Of a DNA stretch of 64,000 bases, positions 1-14,533 are shown piece by piece. Source of the stretch: Eledone cirrhosa. Lineage: Eukaryota. Position 1 is the first letter of the stretch, and every line of letters begins with the position of its first letter. The notes beneath the pieces were generated by a model, which was not told where the DNA came from, did no database searches, and saw nothing but the letters and a program-made list of their open reading frames with translations. The DNA is taken from assembly GCA_964016885.1 (NCBI GenBank), contig OZ024744.1, forward strand, positions 110,112,001-110,176,000. The letters run 5' to 3'. The position numbers were made by a program, and so were the translations under genes.

Positions 1-156
1 ACACAGACGACAGAAGAAAGTTCTGCTAACACTATGAATTTTTCTTCACGAATACAGTCTTCTAGTTACTATGCTCTCACATTTCATACCACCAGCTCGA
101 CTGATTGACCACTACTACAGGAAAAACGTATGCTAAGGATAAACACACATACACAC

Positions 157-159
<3 letters not shown>

Positions 160-231
<72 letters not shown>

Positions 232-238
232 GGGGGGG
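160..238. repeat. (GA)n microsatellite followed by poly-G
   Basis: Directly visible. Confidence 0.95.
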
Positions 239-847
239 AGAGTAAGTTTCCTTATATTGTTCCCTACTACACTTTATCTATCCTTTCGTCTTGTCATTTC
301 TCTACTACTGTAAAGTATAACACAACTTCTACTGTATTGTTTTATTCAATACAAACATACACGCTAGCTCGAAGTAGCTAATATGACTATTAATATAGTG
401 GTAATTGCTGTCACAATTTTATTACTCGATATTCGATGTACCAACAAGTGATTTTATTATTATGAAATAAACATTGTCAACATCATACTCCTTGCATCAT
501 TGTTTCTATCATTCATCGCGCAAAGAATACAGCTATTCGCTACATAATGGTGATCCCCATCACTACAGAATGGTGACTCCTATCACTACATGTGTGTTTA
601 TATTAGTACACCCCCCCCCCTCCTGTATAACAATATATATACACATATAGATATTGTTATATTTAAGGAGGGTCCTGTTGTTATAATATTGTCAGAAATA
701 ATAACAAAACACATCAATGTTTGGTTTGGGTTGGTTTTCGCTTCTGTATATTTTATATCCCTTGTAGATAATTTAGCAAGCAATCAATGTTTTTCATTGA
801 TTGACCAACAGTTAATATATATATATATATATATATTCTAAGTCCAG

Positions 848-980
848 AATTAGCCATCGAAACGGCTTGAGCTCAGCCCTCGGGGTCCTACTCGTTCCTA
901 TTACCCACTCTACTACCCTAAGTATTGAGTACTTTGGTGCGTTATGGTCCACCTGGTTCCTTACCACATTTCTTCCGTTA
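848..980 (+). mobile_element. Short PLE-type tail (3' half of an HHR plus tail) ending in (TA)n; same family as 2342-2528
   Basis: aattagccatcGAAACGGCTtgagctcAGCCctcGGGGTC..., the reverse complement of 2342-2476; starts at the stem-II loop. Confidence 0.7.
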
Positions 981-990
981 TATATATATA

Positions 991-1645
991 TAGTCTCTCA
1001 GATTTCTTTCGTCACACACCTGCGACATCATCAGTGATACTATTATCTTTCCTCTCATTGTAGTGTAATGTATACTTATTCAATTATTTATTTATTTATA
1101 TATTTTTTGTTGTCTCTGTTTGCGCATGCGTTTGTGTGCGTGTTTTCGTTTAGAGTCTGTTCTTGTTCCTGTGTATCTTAACTTACTATTGTGTGTTTGT
1201 GTGTGGTTATTGTTGTTGTTATATCATTCATTTATTTCTGTTTAACTCCGGTTTTCTTAGTTCTATTTCAGTTGCTTCTCTGATTTGCCTACCCGTTGAG
1301 TCATTTCTGTGTTTAGATATTATTTTAATTTCTATGTTGTCTATATTACCGTCATGTCTTTGTCTGGCATGTTCGTATAGTACCGAAACTTATCCCTTTA
1401 AGAAAACCCACTGTAGTAATAAGAAATGTGTTATATGTAGAATGAACCCCCAGATAAATTGTAAAACTAGAAATGTAGTCTATAGCATAAGATGTACAGA
1501 GTGTACATAGGCGAGACAGCTTTAAGCATAGGAGAAAGAATAGACCAACACGGGGGGGGGGGGGGGGGGGGCTAAAAGGACAACAAAATGGTTCAGTACT
1601 ATACGAACACGCCAGACATGATGGTAATATAGACAACATAGAAAA
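991..1645 (-). mobile_element. Penelope-like element 3' fragment (GIY-YIG end, HHR) with an inverted, partly duplicated upstream piece (1385-1645, + strand)
   Basis: + strand TYPFKKTHCSNKKCVICRMNPQINCKTRNVVYSIRC..YIGETALSIGER matches the 27.2-30.7 kb element; 1330-1387 is the reverse complement of about 1592-1645. Confidence 0.85.
998..1037 (-). ncRNA. Minimal type-I hammerhead ribozyme
   Basis: Minus strand: tca CTGATGA t GTCGCA ggtg TGTGAC GAAA gaaa TC tga. Confidence 0.75.
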
Positions 1646-1752
1646 ATTATGGATGGAGCAGTAAATACAAATTAATAAAAAATAACCAATGTGTACGAAC
1701 CGCCACTATAACATTATACACCGGGACATAAGATATATAATATATATATATA

Positions 1753-2285
1753 TACTATGTTTCGCTATAAAAAGGCGAAGAATTATAATACATACAGGAA
1801 CTCATCAGCGGGTGTACCTGCATCTTACGAACTCCACATATGTGAAAGAGGGAGAATATATAACTAACTTCCGATAGTACATGGTGCCAATGAGCGGACA
1901 GTGTGAATTAGTTAGCCCAGGGTGGCTTGAATAATCTATTAGATCACTAAAAATAGCAGTCCATAGCCAATCAAGTAGACAAAGGCTCAATTATATTAAT
2001 TAATAAATTAGGAGTCCAAATAAATCAAATTAAAAGGGAGAGTTAAAAACTCACACTAATCACCTCTGATCCAGGGAGCTCAAGAGAGACCGAGCTCTTT
2101 ATAAATCATAGGAATGAGAGAAAGGCACATAATAAATTATGTCAGATAATAGGGGATACAATACCACCCTGGTAAAGAACATAAAAAACTACGGATGGAG
2201 CGATATATAGGGATTAATTAAAAAATAATCAAATTGTACGAACCTCCACTATAACGATATATACTCGGGCATAAGATATATATAT
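1753..2285 (-). mobile_element. Non-coding PLE-type repeat whose HHR core (1753-1812) abuts (TA)n; related pieces at 1650-1745 and 4447-4635
   Basis: Minus strand CTGATGA GTT...AGC GAAA CATAG TA|(TA)n; 1655-1740 resembles 2195-2280; 4530-4635 is the reverse complement of about 2105-2210. Confidence 0.6.
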
Positions 2286-2298
2286 TTATTCACATAAG

Positions 2299-2685
<387 letters not shown>

Positions 2686-2814
2686 GATAAATCTACCAAG
2701 AGTTTACGGTAGTGTCCAATCCGTATGAAGAACTCAATGTATTCCGGATATCATGGAAAGAAGAGATGTAATGAAAAATCACTTTCGGTGAAAGATAAAC
2801 GGAATACAGAGTCA

Positions 2815-2889
<75 letters not shown>

Positions 2890-2898
<9 letters not shown>

Positions 2899-3175
2899 GT
2901 GAAAGCAAACTACGACCTCTTTTATACCATAAATGTGGTTCTGTCTTTGCGCGTAATTGTTTTTCACCGCTCCTATTAATGACGTATTATTCGTTTTTTT
3001 TCCCGTTCTTTGCCAGGGAGCGTTTCCACTAACCAAAGTATCGTCTTCCTGTCTTCCTCCGGTTGCAACGTTTTTTGAAATATCCAGTTCTGCGTTTACA
3101 GATTGACTTTGTTAGTTTCAGAAGATCCCGTTAAGGGTGAAAGCAGCGATTCTTTGCTTAAACTTTAATCTGTTA

Positions 3176-3181
<6 letters not shown>
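2890..3181 (+). repeat. Short dispersed repeat between (TA)n runs; its tail recurs at 10462-10502 and 27160-27205
   Basis: Shared gcagcgattctttgcttaaactttaatctgttattttaa; degenerate HHR-like CAGAAGA-TCCC-gttaa-GGGT-GAAA at about 3119-3142. Confidence 0.6.
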
Positions 3182-4449
<1,268 letters not shown>

Positions 4450-4652
4450 TATGTTTGGCTATAACAATGTGAAGAGCTTACTGGAGCTTATCAACGGGTG
4501 TATCCGCATCTTACAAACTTCATATAATTTGTATATATCGCTCCATCCGTAGTTTTTATGTACTTTACCAGGGTAGTACTTTATTCCCTATTATCTGACA
4601 TAATTTATTATGTGCCTTTCTCTCATTGCTACGATATATATATATATATATA

Positions 4653-5535
4653 CTAGCAAATGACCCCCGTCCATTGGACGGTGTCAGTTCTTGGTAGGGC
4701 TGCAATGTTAATGGTCAATTTCCGTGTTGTATGTTTAACTTGGAGGATAATTTTACCTGATCAACTCTTTCAATAAAACAAAATGAGACGGTATTGAAAA
4801 AGAGCAAGTTTTATTTACAGATATGTGTCATTAAAATGTGAACATAGAGAAATGTATCGTTAGCCGTGTCGGTTGAACAATGTGTATTTTAAAACATCCA
4901 TCATGTACATACACACACAAACATATACACACAAACACACACATACACACACACATACACACAAACACACACACAATCCCAAGACGTGACGTTGTGGAAG
5001 GGGAGAGTTAAGAAGTGTAATAAATAAGTTAAAATTAGAAACGCTGTATTTATCATATTCGCGTCACACACACTCCTCTCTTTCTTTACTTTACTCTCTC
5101 TCTCTCACTCCTCTCTTTCTATCTCCCTCTCACACATCCTTCTCTCTCTGGCCGTTATGGAAATTACACACACACACACACGCACACACACACACATGCA
5201 CGCACACATACACACACAAACACACACATATACACACGCACATACACATACACATACAATACGTCGTGTTGTGGAAGGGGAAGAGTTAAGAAGTGTGTAA
5301 AAGGAACGCTCTCTCTCTTTATGGCCGTCATGGAATTTGTTAGTGCAAAAGTCTATAAGATTATAAAATCGAAGTTTGTGACTTCGAAATTAATCATTAT
5401 GAAATAATTTTTTCTTGATGTTACAAACCGTAGCCTATTTTGGCTATGTGTTTAATTTGACAGAGATCGATGGAATATTTTCCAAGTGAAACTCTTTTAC
5501 ACACACACACACAGAACGGGAATTATATATATAGA
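4653..5535 (-). mobile_element. Non-autonomous Helitron with both termini
   Basis: Minus strand starts TC (5535-5534) and ends with hairpin CCGTCC-aat-GGACGG then CTAG (4656-4653), next to (TA)n. Confidence 0.9.
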
Positions 5536-8000
5536 CTAGCAAATGACCCCGTCCATTGGACGGTGTCAGTTCTTGGTAGGGCTGCAATGTTAATGGTCAA
5601 TTTCCGTGTTGTATGTTTAACTTGGAGGATAATTTTACCTGATCAACTCTTTCAATAAAACAAAATGAGACGGTATTCAAAAAGAGCAAGTTTTATTTAC
5701 AGATATGTGTCATTAAAATGTGAACATAGAGAAATGTATCGTTAGCCGTGTCGGTTGAACAATGTGTAATTTTTTTTATTAATAACCGAAAGACAAACAG
5801 TAAATGAGACTGGATGTCAAACCATTTTGGATTGCATGTAAAGGTGATAAAAAGATCAGGACGGCCACAATGATGGACATAGGTCAGAGCATCCTGCATT
5901 TTTTTATGCATGTAACGGATGCCTCCAGTGTATGATGATGGGAGAATGACAGAAAGCCCAACATCCGAAGCATTAGCCTGATCATTTCGGTTTACTTCGT
6001 CACGTAGATTGCCGTATTCTTCTGAACGCAGTTCCTTTTGATGATGTCTTATCCATTGGAGGTGTTCAGTGTCAATCTTAGCAAATATGTCTACACAGTA
6101 TTGATTGAGGAGCATCCGTGTTCTATGCAGAATGTTGACGTCGTTTTTGCGAAACATAAGTCTAAATGCATAAAATTCCATTTGTGAAATGGTTTTCCCT
6201 GGTGTAAGATGCATTAAACTTACAGGATTACACTTTTGCAAATCAATGCGGTAGCCATCGTCGCCAAAGGGGAACAGCAATGGATACTGGAGAGCATCAT
6301 ATGCGGGATGAAGTTCATTTATTTTTTGAAGATGCGAGTCCTGCCATTCAATAACAATATCACGGTTTGAAGCGCTCTCATTAGGACGTGTTATAATCAC
6401 CGCAACTTCATCGGTTTGGGGTCTATTAAAGCAACCCTGATGCTGCCCTGGTGGAGCGCGGTCATTTCGAATGACAACCTTGTATTGATTGTTGTTAGCA
6501 TCTCTACGTTGTAAAGCAGTTTTGAAAATGGTGATGTACGGGTTTATGGAATGAAGCATATATTGAAGGGGCTGCAGAAGAGAAGGTGTCGTTCCTTTAG
6601 CAACTGAAGCCCTTCATGCAATTTCTTCAGGTCCGTTGCCCATAAAGTAGATCTGGAGAAAACTGTGTTCTTTGCCATCTTGTGGAATAAGTGATCCTAT
6701 TTGATGGTAAATTTGGCTTTGCACTTTAAATGTGGGCATATGATTCCCATCTTTTTATTGTTGTATGACCAAAGCTTGTCATTTGGAAAGCCGAATTGTA
6801 GGCTCTTATATTTCTGAAAAAGTGCTTAGAATCAGGGTGGTCTCCAAGCAGCAGAGAATTCAAAGGTTCGGCACCTACTTGTAAATAAGGCAATGTTCCA
6901 TTGGAGCAACATATACCGGTAGATTCAGGTAGCCACCTCATTGCATTACAATGGACGCAAACAGTTGACATACTACCAATGATGATATGTGGATGGGATG
7001 CGTTGTCCTCTTGGGGGTTGTATTGAAAACCTTTCTTAGACCAGTAACAGGAAGAATCCCTCGGAAAGACATAAGTACGCATTTTCCGTTGAGAATCAGC
7101 CGCAAGCCTTGTTGCCCTTTGGTCAACAGTCTCTAAAGCACGGCTATTGGAATTAGAAGCAGCATTGCGAGCACGCCGGAGTTCTGCTTGTTCAGTTTTC
7201 TGTAATGCTCTGATGTTCAAAGTAGAGGCAGCATTGTGAGCACGCTGGAGTTCTGCTTGCGTGACGTTGTGGAAGGGGGAGAGTTAAGTGTAATAAATAA
7301 GTTAAAATTATAAACACTGTATTTATCGCTAAAGTATCGTCTGTTATTTCTTACAATTAACACATTTATACACATACACACACACATGCACACACATACG
7401 CACGTACACACACACACAAACACATACACACACATACACACACACACATACGCACACAATCCCAAGACGTGACGTTGTGGAAGGGGGAGAGTTAAGTGTA
7501 ATAAATAAGTTAAAATTATAAACGCTATATTTATCATATTCGCGTCACACACACTCCTCTCTTTCTTTATTTTACTCTCTCTCTCTCACTCCTCTCTTTC
7601 TATCTCCCTCTCACACATCCTTCTCTCTCTGGCCGTTATGGAAATTACACACACACACACACACACACACGCATGCACGCACACATACACACAGAAACAC
7701 ACACATATACACGCGCACATACACATACAATGCCATAACGTCGTGTTGTGGAAGGGGAAGAGTTAAGAAGTGTGTAAAAGGAACGCTCTCTCTCTTTATG
7801 GCCGCCATGGAATTTGTTAGTGCAAAAGTCTATAAGATTATAAAATCGAAGTTTGTGACTTCGAAATTAATCATTATGAAATAATTTTTTCTTGATGTTA
7901 CAAACCGTAGCCTATTTTGGATATGTGTTTAATTTGACAGAGATGGATGGAATATTTTCCAAGTGAAACTCTTTTACACACACACAGAACGGGAATTATA
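5536..8000 (-). mobile_element. Internally deleted Helitron of the same family carrying RepHel N-terminal fragments
   Basis: Same terminal sequences as 4653-5535; 3' hairpin and CTAG at 5536-5563; the 5' end runs into (TA)n. Confidence 0.9.
5693..7220 (-). pseudogene. Helitron RepHel fragment (Zn finger, Helitron_like_N, start of HUH Rep), frameshifted and truncated
   Basis: CVHCNAMRW..GICCSNG, NIRAYNSAFQMTSFG, YDALQYPLLFPFGDDG, ILPSSYTGGIRYM, GRPDLFITFTCNPKW. Confidence 0.92.
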
Positions 8001-8014
8001 TATATATATATATA

Positions 8015-8462
8015 TTTATTATTATGTAATAAACAACATAAGTCAATTATTCCATTTACCAGTGGTTTCTTAAAAGCAAAAGGTTTTGCTTTCATCCTGT
8101 TTATTGAATTTGGATTTTAAAAAACAAAAATGCAATCTATATGAAAGTGAGGCTGGAGAAGGAAGAAGGAAAGGAAAAATAAAATAAAACTACACATGCA
8201 AACACACACACAAAACATACACATACAAACACTCATACATACACACACACACATACACACACATATATATATATATATATACACATATACATATACGTAT
8301 ATATATGTGTGTACAAGCATACACATACACAAACATAGCCATACACACACACATATATACATACATACATTCACACAATCATACATATATACACACGTAC
8401 ATACATACACATACATAAATGCACTCCTCTACATATTCACACACGCAAATAAATATAAGAAA
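8015..8462 (-). mobile_element. Microsatellite-rich non-coding PLE-type family D; other copies or pieces at 9430-10061, 10250-10335, 20078-20635, 25975-27030, 37570-38430, 38588-38765, 39040-39450 and 40680-41390
   Basis: Shared ccagcctcactttcatatagattgc...aaaccactggtaaatggaataattgccttatgttgtttattacataa tail ending in (TA)n and containing an HHR. Confidence 0.8.
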
Positions 8463-8483
8463 AAAAATATATATATATATATA

Positions 8484-9165
8484 TATAAATGAGAGGTATA
8501 GAGATTGTTTTAGCAAGAAGCTAACGGCATTCTATAACATATATGCGACTATAACGTCAAGATGGGAAAAGTAGTTAACGAAAGATTTTGGAAAAATAAC
8601 TCAAACTCATCTCAAAAGAGAATCAGGATATAAATTCATCCACAGAATTTAGTAAAATCCAGGGAAAAATCTATAGACCTTTAACTCATGATAAAATAAA
8701 GTTTGAAACACTTATCCTTCAATTTGGAATAACATCAAATGCTCTGTATAGTCTTAAAAGACTATTTCATGAAAACTTTCAGTGGAGATGGTCACGGTTG
8801 GATTCCATTCATCAGCAGAGCTCAACAGAAGCCAGGGCTCTCACAGTAATATAATCCGAAAAAGGGAATTCTAAAACTGGCTAGTTCGCCTTCATGTGTA
8901 TTTATGAAAAAGCACATGAGGAAAAAACGGGGCTAGTGACGTCAGGATGGAAGTGAATGTTTATTTACAAGAAATAGCAGTCAAATACATTCTGAAAAAA
9001 AACTCTACAAAGGAGTTCGGCAAAATAGCAATAATTATCACAGTTTTTATGGAAAAAACCGGGATTAGTCACAGATAGTTTAAGCACTCTAGGAAAAGAA
9101 TCCGAGTATAAATATAAATGAGACGTATAGAGATTGTTTTAGCAAGAAGCTAACGGCATTCTATA
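8484..9165 (-). mobile_element. Non-coding element with ~50-bp direct terminal repeats and a full HHR; second copy at 20900-21255 (+)
   Basis: 8484-8534 recurs at about 9113-9163; 8484-8838 is the reverse complement of 20900-21255. Confidence 0.75.
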
Positions 9166-9171
9166 TATATA

Positions 9172-9427
9172 TCTTTCTAGTGGGTCCGGGTAAGCTTTTT
9201 ACATTCACATGATTTATTGATTTATTGATATTTTATCTGAGTGACCCGAATCTTCCTGATCGTAATTTTTCGTATGGTTGATTTTAGACATAATCTATGT
9301 GTGTTGGTATTTTAACGATAGTTATAGCTCTGATTTATCTGAATTATTGAGCCCTCTGCCACTCATGTCGAATTTTGTTTATCGTGAACTCGTGCGCCGA
9401 TTTTTCGATACTCGATTATTCTACTAT
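9172..9427. repeat. Unclassified dispersed repeat, with related sequence at 23636-24290
   Basis: 9172-9427 is near-identical to 24030-24290; 23636-23688 repeats the end of that unit. Confidence 0.7.
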
Positions 9428-9840
9428 ATATATATATATTAAAGATTTTTGACAACGATACAGAAGGCAGCTAACTGGACAGACACGCGTGGTAAGTAAT
9501 ACACACAAATGCACGTATACATACGTACGAAGTAGTAAATACATACACACACTCTCGCACATAAATATACATATACAAAAAAAATAAACACATACATAAA
9601 CACATACATACACATAAACGCACACGTATACAATTATACACACACATATGTATATGTAATTATATACACACACACATATATATATATATACATAAATATA
9701 AACATACACACACACACATATATGTATACATACACATATACATATACATACATAATTATACAATTATACACATACAAATACGTACATATCATAAACACGC
9801 ACAACCAAATACAAACACACACACACATACATATATACAC

Positions 9841-9871
<31 letters not shown>

Positions 9872-10061
9872 TATATATATATACACACACACACATATAC
9901 ATGTGTGTGTAAAACTCAGTCTTAGATAATTCATATGAACCTTACATATACATATATATAGTAGTAAAGTAATTAAGTAATAAGCAACATAAGGCAATTA
10001 TTCCATTCACCAGTGGTTTCTTAAAAGCAAAAAATGTTTCCTTCAATCTTCAGAATGAAAA

Positions 10062-10258
10062 AAATAGATACGAACCTTACTAATGCTAACTTTCTTGATA
10101 TTAATCTTGATCTACTTACCGCCTCTTTTAAACTCTATCATAAACCTAATGAGAATCTGAGGTATATACACAAAGAGTCTTGCCATCCCCCTATAGTTTT
10201 TAATAATCTTATTCCTAACATTAGCCGTAGTATTTCTACCTTATCTTCGTCTGAGGAT
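10062..10258 (+). pseudogene. Penelope-like RT thumb fragment between inverted family-D tails
   Basis: ANFLDINLDL...FKLYHKPNENLRYIHKESCHPP....NLIPNISRSISTLSS matches the PLE FLD...Y.KP....Y....S.HP motif. Confidence 0.8.
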
Positions 10259-10328
10259 TGAAAGCAAAATCTTTTGCTTTTAAGAAACCACTGGTAAATG
10301 GAATAATTGCCTTATGTTGTTTATTACA

Positions 10329-10405
<77 letters not shown>

Positions 10406-10516
10406 ATAATAATAAATTTGAAGACTAAAATCCAAAGAGGTCTCGATAAGGATAAATATATAGCAGCGATTCTTTGCTTAAACTTTAATCTGTTATTTTA
10501 ATAAATATATATATAT

Positions 10517-10957
10517 ATATTGTTATACTTTGGGAGGGTCATGTTGCCAATAAGAAACACACGCACCAGTTGCTTTCACTTCAATTTATTATATATTTAT
10601 AAATTTATAAATTTCTGGTTGGTTGGTTGGTTCCACAACCATATAGTTGTTTATATATAGTCATAGTTCTTTCGTCACACACTCTGTGACCTCTTCAGTG
10701 ACTGGGGATTCTTTTCTTTGTTTCTGTGCCTCTCCTTTGTTCTGTCCTACGCCATTTTGTTTCTGTGTGTGTGTGGAACCAACCAACCAACCAGAAATTT
10801 ATAAATTTATAAATTTATAAATATATAATAAATTGAAGTGAAAGCAACTGGTGCGTGTGTTTCTTATTGGCAACATGACCCTCCCAAAGTATAACAATAT
10901 CGGTTTCAACACACGATTTCAGATAAAGAATCTTGCTAAACAAATTCAGAAACGAAA
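10517..10957 (-). mobile_element. Fold-back copy of the 3209-4082 PLE 3' end
   Basis: 10517-10637 is inverted at 10772-10899 and continues into the extra tail; HHR at 10659-10703. Confidence 0.88.
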
Positions 10958-11329
10958 TATATATATATATATATATAGTCAATCGCAGATCCAGCGGTTT
11001 AGTGTTGGAAAAGCTTTCATCGGAAACAGTTTTTTCATTAATAAATTGGCAAATTTGTGATTCGGATACTTTCACCCGTATACTTCAATGTTTTGATGAC
11101 GTGTGTTTCAACCACCCAGCGGTTTACAGCATCTCGATGTTCCGTTAAGACATGTGATGTTATATTTCTTCGATATATTAGTCGGTATTCGTCGACACAG
11201 CATGGCCACATAGTTAAAAAGGCAGTTTCGCACTCATAAGGTTCCGGATCTTAGGCAAATGTCATTAACCAAAACTTCGGGTCAACCTAAGCACTATGAG
11301 TTCCCCGCACAAGCCTGGGAATATTGTTC

Positions 11330-11775
11330 ATCACATCATCACTCGTCGACTACTGTCGAGATGATGGATCTCACTCTCATGCTCCAGAATTCCCTGTCCC
11401 CCATCGCTGCCCCCAGGTCCTGTCTACTGATTCCCGTATCCCTAGAGATAACGTCAGGGAATGACAGCTTCCTACTCCTAGTCAGGCTGGAGTCAGGGTT
11501 CCCGAGCAAGAGAGCGGATATGATTTCATTGCTGGCACGGTGACAGTGGCCAGCAAATTGAGCTCTCCGGGATTTTAGAAGGGCAGAGGCTCGAGGGAGT
11601 TTGCCATAGATTTTAGACAAGGTGGGATGTCGTTTCCGACTTATAGAGGAGTCCCAAAACCGCAATCTAGACCTTGCACTCATCTTTGTTGATTTTTCAA
11701 AAGCCTTCGACTCAGTTGACAGGTCGGGGATGTTTGAAATTCTACAACTTTATGGGATTCTTGATAAAATCTTGA
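11330..11775 (-). mobile_element. RTE-like LINE 3' fragment with an inverted RT piece
   Basis: Minus: HPTLSKIYGKLP..LLKSRRAQFAGHCHRA..AMGDREFW; plus 11678-11770: LIFVDFSKAFDSVDRSGMFEILQLYGI. Confidence 0.75.
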
Positions 11776-11940
11776 TAGAATATTGTTAGAGACCAGCAGT
11801 CACCCATCTCCATGACACTGACGTTGTCCCAGGGAAAGCGAAAGTCTGAAACAGCTTGACCTTCTGACATAGCAACTTATATATATACACATTACATATG
11901 TACTGTATATGCAATATGCAATATATACAAACTATTTTTA

Positions 11941-12159
11941 AGGATCGATCGACTTTCGTCAAATCGGACCGAGGAAACAATGCTTCCGTTGGTCTTTCCA
12001 GTTGCTAATACTATCTATCGGTCGCAACTCCAGGTAGATGGAGCAACGTGAAATAAAGTATCTTGCTCAAGGACATAACGTATCGCCCGGCCCAGGGATC
12101 GAACTCACAACCTCAAGTTTGTGAATCCAATTCTCTAACCACTCAGCCACACGCCTTCC
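11941..12159 (-). mobile_element. tRNA-derived SINE with a Meta/V-like core; other copies at 12255-12384, about 15390-15660 and 30920-31139
   Basis: Minus: gaaggcgtgTGGCTGAGTGGttagag...gaGTTCGATcc (A and B boxes), then tgtccttgagcaaga.act. Confidence 0.8.
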
Positions 12160-12407
12160 ATTGATACAAACTATATATACACTATAAATACACTATATAT
12201 GATGTTTGATAGAGCTTAACACCAATGTCGTCGCAAATAAGTTTTTTTACCAGCTAAATGAATTGGGGCGACGGGAAATAAAGTGTATTGCCCAAGGAGA
12301 CAACGCGCCACCCGTTCAAGGAATTGAACCTACGAATTTATGATTGTGAGCTCAATATTCTAACCCTTAAGCTACACGTTTTCACTCATATCGTAATTAT
12401 AACTTAA

Positions 12408-13153
12408 ATAATTGTTTCTACTTTTGGCACAAGGCCAGCAATTACACAGTGTATTACTGGTACTTTATTTTATCGACCCTGTAAGGATGGAAAGACAAAG
12501 TCAACCTCGGCGGGATTTGAACTCAGATCGTAAAGGGACGTAACTATGCTGGAAAGCATGGCGTCCGACCCTCCACCGATACTGCCAATCCAAATAATAA
12601 ATGTTTAAAATAGAAATGTATACAGGGAGATTCTTGACTAAAGTATTGCTTCAGTGTAGTTATATGGAATTACCATTATCTCTTTAGCTCTGGATTGGCA
12701 GTAAGGGTGGTGGATTGGCAGTATCAGTAGAGGGTCGGACGACATGCTTTGACGTATAGTTACGTCCCTTTACGATCTGAGTTCAAATCCCGCCGAGGTT
12801 GACTTTGCCTTTCATCCTTACGGGGGTCGATAAAATAAAGTACCAGTAATGCACTGGCTAATTGCTGGCCTTGTGCCTAAAGTAGAAACAATTATTAGTG
12901 GTGGTGATAGAGGAAGTGGTGGTGGTTGTGGTAATAGTGGTGTTATTATTACCAGTGGTGGTGGTGGTGGTGGTAGAGGTAGTTGCTGTAGTGTCGGACA
13001 ATGTTTTGCAGTATCGAATTACGTCCCTTTACGATCTGAGTTCAAATCCCGCCGAGGTTAACTTTGCCTTTCATCCTTACGGGGTCGATAGAATAAAGTA
13101 CCAGTAATACACTGGGTTATTTGCTGGCCTTGTGTCTAAAGTAGAAACAATTA
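12408..13153. mobile_element. Cluster of three tRNA-derived SINEs with a Nin/Deu-like core (12408-12592 -, 12709-12897 +, 13018-13153 +)
   Basis: TTGGCAGTATCGG...GAGTTCAAATCCC, then gcctttcatccttacggggtcgataaaataaagtaccag; tail agaaacaattatt. Confidence 0.85.
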
Positions 13154-13249
13154 TCTCTTTAGCTCTGCCTCTGGAGGTTAGAAACAACTTTTGCTGATCG
13201 GAGCTACAAACTTTAAGGTTGAACTTTATTGATTTCGCTTTCTGATTTC

Positions 13250-13462
13250 ACTTGTGCTGCCTCTGTTGTCCTTGTTGTTGTTGTTGTTGTTGTTGTTGTG
13301 GTTGTTGTTGTGGTTGTTGTTGTTGTTTCTGCTGCTGTTGCTGTTGTTGTTGTTGCTGTTGTTGTTGTTGTTGTTGTTGTTGTTTGTTGCTGTTTTTGTT
13401 GTTGCCTCTAACAGTGTTGTTGCTGTTGTTGTTGTTGTTGTTGCTGTTGCTCGTGATGTTGC

Positions 13463-13501
<39 letters not shown>

Positions 13502-14332
13502 CGTTGCTGTTGTTGTTGATGTTACTGTTGCTGCTTGTTGCTGTTGTTGTTTTTGTTGTTGTTGTTGTTGTTGTTGTTGCTGTTTTTGTTGTTGTTGTTA
13601 CTGTTGTTGTTGTTACTGTTGTTGTTGTTACTGTTGTTGTTGTTGCTATTGTTGTTGCTGTTGTTGCTTGTTGCTGTTGTTGATGTTACTGTTGCTGCTT
13701 GTTGCTGTTGCTGTTTTTGTTGTTGTTGTTGTTGTTGTTGCTGTTTTTGTTGTTGTTGTTACTGTTGTTGTTGTTACTGTTGTTGTTGTGGCTATTGTTG
13801 TTGCTGTTGTTGCTTGTTGCTGTTGTTGTTGTTGCTGTTGCGGTTGTTGTTGCTGTTGCTGTTTTTGTTGTTGTTGTTGTTGTTGCTGTTGTTGTTGTTG
13901 TTGTTGTTGCTGCTTGTTGCGGTTGTTGTTGCTGTTGTTGTTGTTGGTGTTGTGGTTGTTGTTGCTGTTGCTGTTTTTGTTGTTACTGTTGTTGTTGTTG
14001 CTGTTGTTGTTGCTGCTTGTTGCTTGTTGCTTGTTGCTTGTTGCTGTTGTTGCTGTTGTTGTTGCTGTTGTGTCTATGCTGCACTTGGAGGTGGTGGTGA
14101 CGTTGTTGGTGTTAGTGGAGGTCTGATGTTGTTGACGGTGTTGTTGCTATTGCTACTACCAGTGCTGCTGTTGGTGGTGGGACTGATGTTGTTGATGTTG
14201 TTGTTGACGGTGTTGTTGCTGATGTTGCTGCTACTAGTGCTGCTGTTGGTGGTGGGACTGATGTTGTTGCTGATGTTGCTGATGTTCTTTTCGGTGATTA
14301 ATTGATGTTGCTAATATCGTTGTTGCTGTTGC

Positions 14333-14430
<98 letters not shown>
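13250..14430. repeat. (GTT)n/(GCT)n compound microsatellite
   Basis: Directly visible. Confidence 0.97.
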
Positions 14431-14431
<1 letters not shown>

Positions 14432-14533
14432 GTCGTCGGTGAACTCTTATCTAACAGACCAATGACCTAAAAGGTGTTCCAGCCAGCTGTGACTATCCAG
14501 TACATTTTGTTTTAAGATATAGTATATCTACAT

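Noticed and set aside
13229-14305. Long poly-Leu/Val/Cys ORFs, and the poly-YI/CV/HT ORFs throughout
   Set aside because: Translations of (GTT)n, (TA)n and (CA)n repeats with no domain content.
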